In this document: one piece after another, positions 59,048 through 64,000 of the stretch
Layout of the letters: every line of letters starts with the position of its first letter
Numbering within the stretch: the first letter of the stretch is position 1
The notes under the pieces: model-generated
Database searches by the model: none
What the model saw: the letters and a program-made list of their open reading frames with translations, nothing else
Told to the model about the DNA's origin: nothing
Origin: an uncultured Chloroflexia bacterium
GTDB lineage: Bacteria > Chloroflexota > Limnocylindria > Limnocylindrales > CSP1-4
NCBI GenBank assembly: GCA_963813535.1
Contig: CAWEZH010000002.1
Span: 1,824,001-1,888,000 of the forward strand
Direction: 5' to 3'
DNA: 64,000 nt
Program-made: the position numbers and the translations under genes

Positions 59048-59806
59048 GTGACGACGGCTCTCGATCGTCCACCCGAAGAAGCCGCCGAGGACACGTCGTT
59101 CGCGCGCGGCCTGCGGGTGTTCCTGACGGTGGCCGATCGCGGCGAGATCAGGGCCGATGAGCTCAGCACGCTCCTGGACACGCCCCTCTCCACGATCTAC
59201 CGCTACCTCCGCACGCTGACCGAGTTCGGGTTCGTGGAACGTCAGGAGGCCGGCTACCGGCTTGGGGCCCGGCTCCACCTGCTGGGCAGCGGGCCGGCCG
59301 TCTCGGCCGAGGAGCTGATCCGGGTCGCCGACCCCGTCCTGGCCACTGTGGCCGAGTCGACCGGCGAGACCGCGTTCATCTCGCGCCGGGTCGGCACCAG
59401 CACCATGTGCCTCGCGCAATATCCGTCGACCCAGCCGCTGCGCGTCGTCGTCGAACCCGGGCAGATCGGTCCGCTCCAGGTGGGGTCGGTCGCCCGCGTC
59501 CTGCTCGCGTTCGCGCCGACGGAGGTCCAGGATGCGGCCCTTGCCGATGTGGCCGATGCGGACGCGACGCGCCGCCTGCTGCCGGGGATCGTGGCGGATT
59601 CGTTCGCGCGGGACGAGGGCGCGACCTACGACGGCGCGCTCACCCTGGCGGTCCCGGTGCTCATGAATGACGAGATCGTGGCGGCGATCGCGATCGCCGC
59701 GCCCGTCGAACGTGCCGACCGCCGATGGCAGGCACGAGCGCGCGGTCTCCTTCATCACGCGGCGACCGGCGTCGAGGCTGCCCTTCGTGCGGAGCCGGGG
59801 GCCTGA
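59048..59806 (+). CDS. IclR-family transcriptional regulator
   Basis: RGLRV...PLSTIYRYL.TL...GFV...YRLG HTH; 'GSVARVLLAF', 'LAVPV'. Confidence 0.92.
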   Translation: MTTALDRPPEEAAEDTSFARGLRVFLTVADRGEIRADELSTLLDTPLSTIYRYLRTLTEFGFVERQEAGYRLGARLHLLGSGPAVSAEELIRVADPVLATVAESTGETAFISRRVGTSTMCLAQYPSTQPLRVVVEPGQIGPLQVGSVARVLLAFAPTEVQDAALADVADADATRRLLPGIVADSFARDEGATYDGALTLAVPVLMNDEIVAAIAIAAPVERADRRWQARARGLLHHAATGVEAALRAEPGA

Positions 59807-59842
59807 CCCACCCAGTACTATCGAAATACGGCATCGGGACTT

Positions 59843-59880
59843 CCCACGATTTGACAATCGTGTGGGACGAGGCGGATAGT
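59843..59880 (+). promoter_or_regulatory. Sigma70 promoter with palindrome over -35
   Basis: CACGATT-TGAC-AATCGTG inverted repeat; TTGACA (59851-56), N18, GATAGT (59875-80), ATG at 59888. Confidence 0.65.
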
Positions 59881-59887
59881 GGTCCCG

Positions 59888-60352
59888 ATGGACGCATTCG
59901 CCGCTCTGGCGCCTGTTTCCGACCTGTATGCGCACCTCCCTGTCGGTGACGCCTTCGATTGGTCCGGCGTCGCGAGTGAGCTCGGCTCGGGCGAGTGGTA
60001 CCTCGTCGCCTTCCGGTCGGTGCGGCGGATCGGCGCCGACGAGGACCGCCTCGCCGAGATCGACGAGCGAGCGCATCTCGAGGCCGCGGAGGCGCCGGGC
60101 TTCGTCCACTACTTCAAGGGTCCGACCGCGAGCGACCGGACGTGTCTTTCGTTCTGCCTCTGGACGTCGCGAGCCGAAGCACGGGCAGCAGCAGGCCGCC
60201 CGGACCACGTGACGGCGGTCGCGCTCCTCGACGAGATGTACGAGCGCTACACGCTCGAGTTCATCCGGGTGACGGGTCGACGCCGGTCGCCGCTGCGGTT
60301 CGAGCCGTACGACGCCCCGGTCATGGACCCGGGGGCTCCTCGAGCCGCCTAG
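59888..60352 (+). CDS. Hypothetical protein, possible ABM-like alpha/beta barrel
   Basis: 'WYLVAFRS...AHLEA...GFVHYF...CLSFCLW.SR..A......H' pattern. Confidence 0.7.
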   Translation: MDAFAALAPVSDLYAHLPVGDAFDWSGVASELGSGEWYLVAFRSVRRIGADEDRLAEIDERAHLEAAEAPGFVHYFKGPTASDRTCLSFCLWTSRAEARAAAGRPDHVTAVALLDEMYERYTLEFIRVTGRRRSPLRFEPYDAPVMDPGAPRAA

Positions 60353-61334
60353 GCGTCTCGACGTCCGCTTCGCCGGGCTCGCCCGTCGACAGCCCGACCC
60401 CCAGCCGCAGAGCCGAGATCACGCCGCCGACCGAGGTGACGAGCAGGATCATCGCGTGGATCAGCAGGGCCATGGCAAACGCCGCATCACGGTCGACCCC
60501 GAACCGCGTGGCGATGCCGACCGCGGTCAGCTCGAACGTCCCGAGGTAGCCCGGGCCTGACGGCACGATCGTCGCGAGGGCCACGCCACTCGACAGGAGA
60601 GCACCCTGCATCGGCGTGATCGCGATCCCGAGTGCGGCGCCGCCGAGGATGAAGGTCAGGATCGAGAACACCCAGGCGACGGCGCTGAAGACGAGCGCGG
60701 AGGCGAGCGTTCGCGGTCGGCTGACGACACCTAGGCCGTCCCGGAGACGCCGGGCGAGGTCGAGCAGCCGGGGGAACCGTTCGGCCATGCGCGTGACCCG
60801 GTCGGCACCGGGCAATCGATGGCTCACGACGGCCAAGGCCAACCCGACGACGAGGATTCCGACGAAGATGGCCCCAAGGACGACCGCGGTCGACACGATG
60901 CCCCCGACCCCGAGCACGATGACCGCGATCGCCGCGAGCCCGACGACGATCACGGTGTCGACGATCCGCTCCACGACGATCGTGCCGAGCACCGTGGTCC
61001 GGCTCACGCCCTCGCCCTCACCGAGAGCGTGGGCACGGACGAGCTCGCCGAGACGAGCCGGCAGGACGTTGTTCGCCAGGTAGCCCACGAACGTGTATCC
61101 GAGCACGTGGAGATAAGGGACGTGGGCGATCGGCGCGAGCAGCGCCTGCCAGCGGGCGCCACGTGCTGCCACGTCCAGGACGACGGTGACGGCCATCAGC
61201 CCGACGATCGCGAGATCCGCCTGGCGCAGCACGTCGGCGGCGGCAGCCACGTCGACCGAGCGCAGCAGGATGTACCCGGCGACGATGCTGATGACGACCC
61301 CGAGCAGGCCCCGCAGCCCGGTGCGGCGGCTCAC
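60321..61334 (-). CDS. Lysylphosphatidylglycerol synthase TM-domain (flippase-like) protein
   Basis: RW..LL, N.VLPARLGELVR, VERIVD, PSGPGYLGTFE. Confidence 0.88.
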   Translation of the reverse strand: MSRRTGLRGLLGVVISIVAGYILLRSVDVAAAADVLRQADLAIVGLMAVTVVLDVAARGARWQALLAPIAHVPYLHVLGYTFVGYLANNVLPARLGELVRAHALGEGEGVSRTTVLGTIVVERIVDTVIVVGLAAIAVIVLGVGGIVSTAVVLGAIFVGILVVGLALAVVSHRLPGADRVTRMAERFPRLLDLARRLRDGLGVVSRPRTLASALVFSAVAWVFSILTFILGGAALGIAITPMQGALLSSGVALATIVPSGPGYLGTFELTAVGIATRFGVDRDAAFAMALLIHAMILLVTSVGGVISALRLGVGLSTGEPGEADVETPRRLEEPPGP

Positions 61335-62086
61335 GGCCGGCGCGCTGTGAGCTTCTTCGACGTTCGCAGCCGGAGCCGGTGGAGGACGTAGCGAGCCACC
61401 ACGCGAAGCGTCGACAGCCCGTACACGACGCTGCGCTTGAAGCCGACCGAGCTCGCTTCCTCGAAGTACCGGGTCGGGACCGCGATCTCACCGACCCGGT
61501 CCCGCATGCCGGCCGCCACGACCTGTGCGATGAGCTCCTGGTCGAACACGAAGTCGTCGCTGTTGGCGTGGTACGGGATCGTCTCGAGCAGCTGCCGGCT
61601 ATAGGCCCGGAGGCCCGTGTGGTACTCCGACAGGCGCAGCCCGAAAGCGAGGTTCTCGACAAGAGTCAGGAAGCGGTTGGCGACGTACTTCCACGTCGGC
61701 ATACCACCAGCCAGCGGGTCGCCCATGAAGCGGCTGCCGAGCATCAGGTCGCGCCGCCCGGTAGCGATGGGCTCGACCAGGGCGGGGATCCGCGTCGCGT
61801 CGTACTGATAGTCGGGATGGAGCATCACGACGATGTCGGCACCGGCCTCCAGGGCCGCGTCATAGCACGTCTTCTGGTTCCCGCCGTAGCCGCGGTTCTG
61901 GGCGTGGATGATCACCTCGAGGCCGAGCTGGCGGGCGATGTCGACGGTCTCGTCACCGGACACGTCATCGACGAGGATGATCCGGTCGATAAGGTCGTGC
62001 GGGATATCGGCGTACGTGCGCTCGAGCGTGCGGGCGGCGTTGTACGCGGGCATGACGATGACGATCCGCGGATCGGGTTGGGCCAC
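61331..62086 (-). CDS. GT2 family glycosyltransferase (polyprenol-phosphate type)
   Basis: [32 protein letters not shown]. Confidence 0.93.
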   Translation of the reverse strand: MAQPDPRIVIVMPAYNAARTLERTYADIPHDLIDRIILVDDVSGDETVDIARQLGLEVIIHAQNRGYGGNQKTCYDAALEAGADIVVMLHPDYQYDATRIPALVEPIATGRRDLMLGSRFMGDPLAGGMPTWKYVANRFLTLVENLAFGLRLSEYHTGLRAYSRQLLETIPYHANSDDFVFDQELIAQVVAAGMRDRVGEIAVPTRYFEEASSVGFKRSVVYGLSTLRVVARYVLHRLRLRTSKKLTARRP

Positions 62087-62198
62087 GGCGCGAAGGGTAG
62101 CGGGTTCGCTCCTCCCTGAGCGGGGCAGGTCACCGGATCGTCACCGACGGTGTGCGACCATTGCCCCTCGCAGAAGCCCACGGAAGGATCCTCGTCCC

Positions 62199-62801
62199 AT
62201 GTTCGATCGCCTCTTCGGCAACACCGCCGTCGACCCCGCCACCGCCGAACGGATCCCGCCCGGCCAGTACCGGACCGAGAAGTTCCCGGTGCTGCACTAC
62301 GGCTCGGTGCCGAAGATCGACCTGGCGACGTGGGACTTCAAGGTGTGGGGCGAGGTCGACGCGCCGTTCACGCTGACGTGGGAGCAATTCAAGGAGCTGC
62401 CACGCAAGACGGTGGGTACCGATATCCACTGCGTGACCCGATGGTCGAAGCTCGATACGACCTGGGAGGGCGTGCCGATCCAGAAGATCCTCGAGCTGGC
62501 CCAGGTCCGGCCGTCGGCGACGCACGTCGTGAGCCACGCCGAGCAGGGCTACACGGCGAACCTGCCGCTCGAGGTCCTCGATGACGACGACGTCCTCCTG
62601 GCCGACACGTTCGACGGCCAGCCGCTCGAGCCGGAGCATGGCTATCCGCTCCGGCTGCTCGTCCCGAAGCGGTACTTCTGGAAGAGCTCCAAGTGGATCC
62701 GCGGCCTCGAGTTCCTCGACCATGACCAGCTCGGGTTCTGGGAGCGCTACGGCTACAACAACGACGCCGATCCCTGGAAGGAAGAGCGCTTCAGCGACTA
62801 G
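62199..62801 (+). CDS. Sulfite oxidase-like molybdopterin oxidoreductase (YuiH/MsrP-like)
   Basis: [36 protein letters not shown]. Confidence 0.92.
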   Translation: MFDRLFGNTAVDPATAERIPPGQYRTEKFPVLHYGSVPKIDLATWDFKVWGEVDAPFTLTWEQFKELPRKTVGTDIHCVTRWSKLDTTWEGVPIQKILELAQVRPSATHVVSHAEQGYTANLPLEVLDDDDVLLADTFDGQPLEPEHGYPLRLLVPKRYFWKSSKWIRGLEFLDHDQLGFWERYGYNNDADPWKEERFSD

Positions 62802-62815
62802 CGCCCAGACCTGGG

Positions 62816-64000
62816 TCAGACCGCCTCCGCCAACGCCTCCGAGAACTGGCTCGCATACAGCTCGGCGTAGAAGCCCCCGCGGGCGAGCAGCGACGCGTGG
62901 TCCCCCTGTTCGACGATCTGGCCGCGATCCATGACGAGGATCGTGTGGGCGTCGCGGATCGTCGAGAGTCGGTGCGCGATCACGAACGCGGTTCGTCCAT
63001 GGCGCAGGCGACCCATCGCTCGCTGGATCAGGACTTCGGTACGCGTGTCGACCGAGCTCGTCGCCTCATCCAGGATGAGGATCGGTGGGTCGGCGAGGAA
63101 CGCGCGGGCGATCGTCAGCAGCTGTTTCTCACCGGTCGATACCGCGGTCGCATCGTCGTCGATCACGGTGTCGTATCCGTCGGGTAGCGTGCGGACGAAG
63201 TGGTCGACATGGGCCGCTTCGGCTGCGGCGATGATCTCGGCCTCGGTCGCGTCAAGGCGGCCGTACGCGATGTTCTCGCGGATCGTGCCGTGGAACAGCC
63301 ACGTGTCCTGGAGGACCATCCCGAACGACCGCCGCAGGTCGTCGCGCGTCATGGCCCGGGTGTCGACTCCGTCGACCGTGATGCGCCCGCCGTCGAGCTC
63401 GTAGAACCGCATCAGCAGGTTGACGAGCGTGGTCTTGCCCGCCCCGGTCGGACCCACGATGGCCACGGTCATGCCAGCCTCGACATCGAGATCGAGGCCC
63501 TCGATGAGCGGGCGGTCAGGCTCGTAGCGGAACGAGACGTCCTCGAACGCGACCGAGCCCGCGACGCGCTCGATGACCGCGGGTGACACCGGGTCGGGGA
63601 TCTCCTCGGGCTCGTCGAGCAGCTCGAAGACGCGCTCGGCCGAGGCGACTGCCGACTGGAGCACGTTGACGATGCTGGCGACCTGGATGATCGGGAAGGT
63701 GAACTGGCGCGAGTACTGGATGAACGCGACCACGTCGCCGAGGCTCAGCTGGCCGCTCGCGACGCGCAATCCACCGATCACAGCGATCGCGACATAGTTG
63801 AGGTTCGAGATGAAGGCCATCGCGGGCTGGATGATCCCGGAGATGAACTGGGCCTTGTAGCTGGCCTGGTAGAGGACCTCGTTCTCGGCATCGAACGTCT
63901 CGATCGCCTCGCGCTGGCGACCGAACACCTTGACGATGGCGTGGCCGGTGTGCATCTCCTCGACGTGCCCGTTCAAAGCGCCGGTCGAGGCCCATTGCGC
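62816..64000 (-). CDS. ABC exporter, fused permease/ATP-binding subunit (5' truncated by window edge)
   Basis: [33 protein letters not shown]. Confidence 0.95.
   Translation of the reverse strand, partial: AQWASTGALNGHVEEMHTGHAIVKVFGRQREAIETFDAENEVLYQASYKAQFISGIIQPAMAFISNLNYVAIAVIGGLRVASGQLSLGDVVAFIQYSRQFTFPIIQVASIVNVLQSAVASAERVFELLDEPEEIPDPVSPAVIERVAGSVAFEDVSFRYEPDRPLIEGLDLDVEAGMTVAIVGPTGAGKTTLVNLLMRFYELDGGRITVDGVDTRAMTRDDLRRSFGMVLQDTWLFHGTIRENIAYGRLDATEAEIIAAAEAAHVDHFVRTLPDGYDTVIDDDATAVSTGEKQLLTIARAFLADPPILILDEATSSVDTRTEVLIQRAMGRLRHGRTAFVIAHRLSTIRDAHTILVMDRGQIVEQGDHASLLARGGFYAELYASQFSEALAEAV

Noticed and set aside
1-64000. Many long overlapping or antisense ORFs in the six-frame track
   Set aside because: They are Arg/Pro/Gly-rich shadow frames expected in very GC-rich DNA, and each overlaps a motif-supported gene.
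1-64000. CRISPR array, prophage, integrase or transposase
   Set aside because: No regularly spaced repeat-spacer units and no recognisable cas, phage or recombinase motifs were seen; neither tRNA has an adjacent integrase.

Overview
A high-GC, densely coding bacterial chromosome segment. Gene content (F420-dependent enzymes, three-gene transhydrogenase, many apparently leaderless genes) suggests Chloroflexota or Actinomycetota; the taxonomy is inference only. It holds about 60 CDS and two tRNAs with anticodons that are uncommon in bacteria: tRNA-Arg(UCG) at 510-586 and tRNA-Ile(UAU) at 38827-38902 (-). Main blocks: (1) a catabolic cluster of unknown substrate (M24 hydrolase, E1 alpha/beta without E2, amidohydrolase, cupins, atypical SDR); (2) kynA and pntAA/AB/B; (3) an orphan Tad minor-pilin module (two TadE plus two tandem TadG-like adhesins with near-identical ends and divergent middles); (4) a large LuxR-ATPase convergent with a 32-aa Trp-terminated peptide gene that has its own terminator; (5) a permuted orphan amino-methyltransferase; (6) a C-DES-like PLP enzyme sharing a 19-bp bidirectional -10 region with a cysteine-free rhodanese; (7) an ATP-dependent DNA ligase; (8) a choline/betaine-type N-demethylation cluster (ALDH, MttB family, GcvT family, sarcosine oxidase alpha-gamma-beta-delta, Fe-ADH). 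Seven +1 frameshifts in six genes are most likely long-read consensus errors. No CRISPR array, integrase, transposase or rRNA was seen. All calls come from reading motifs by eye; no database search was run.
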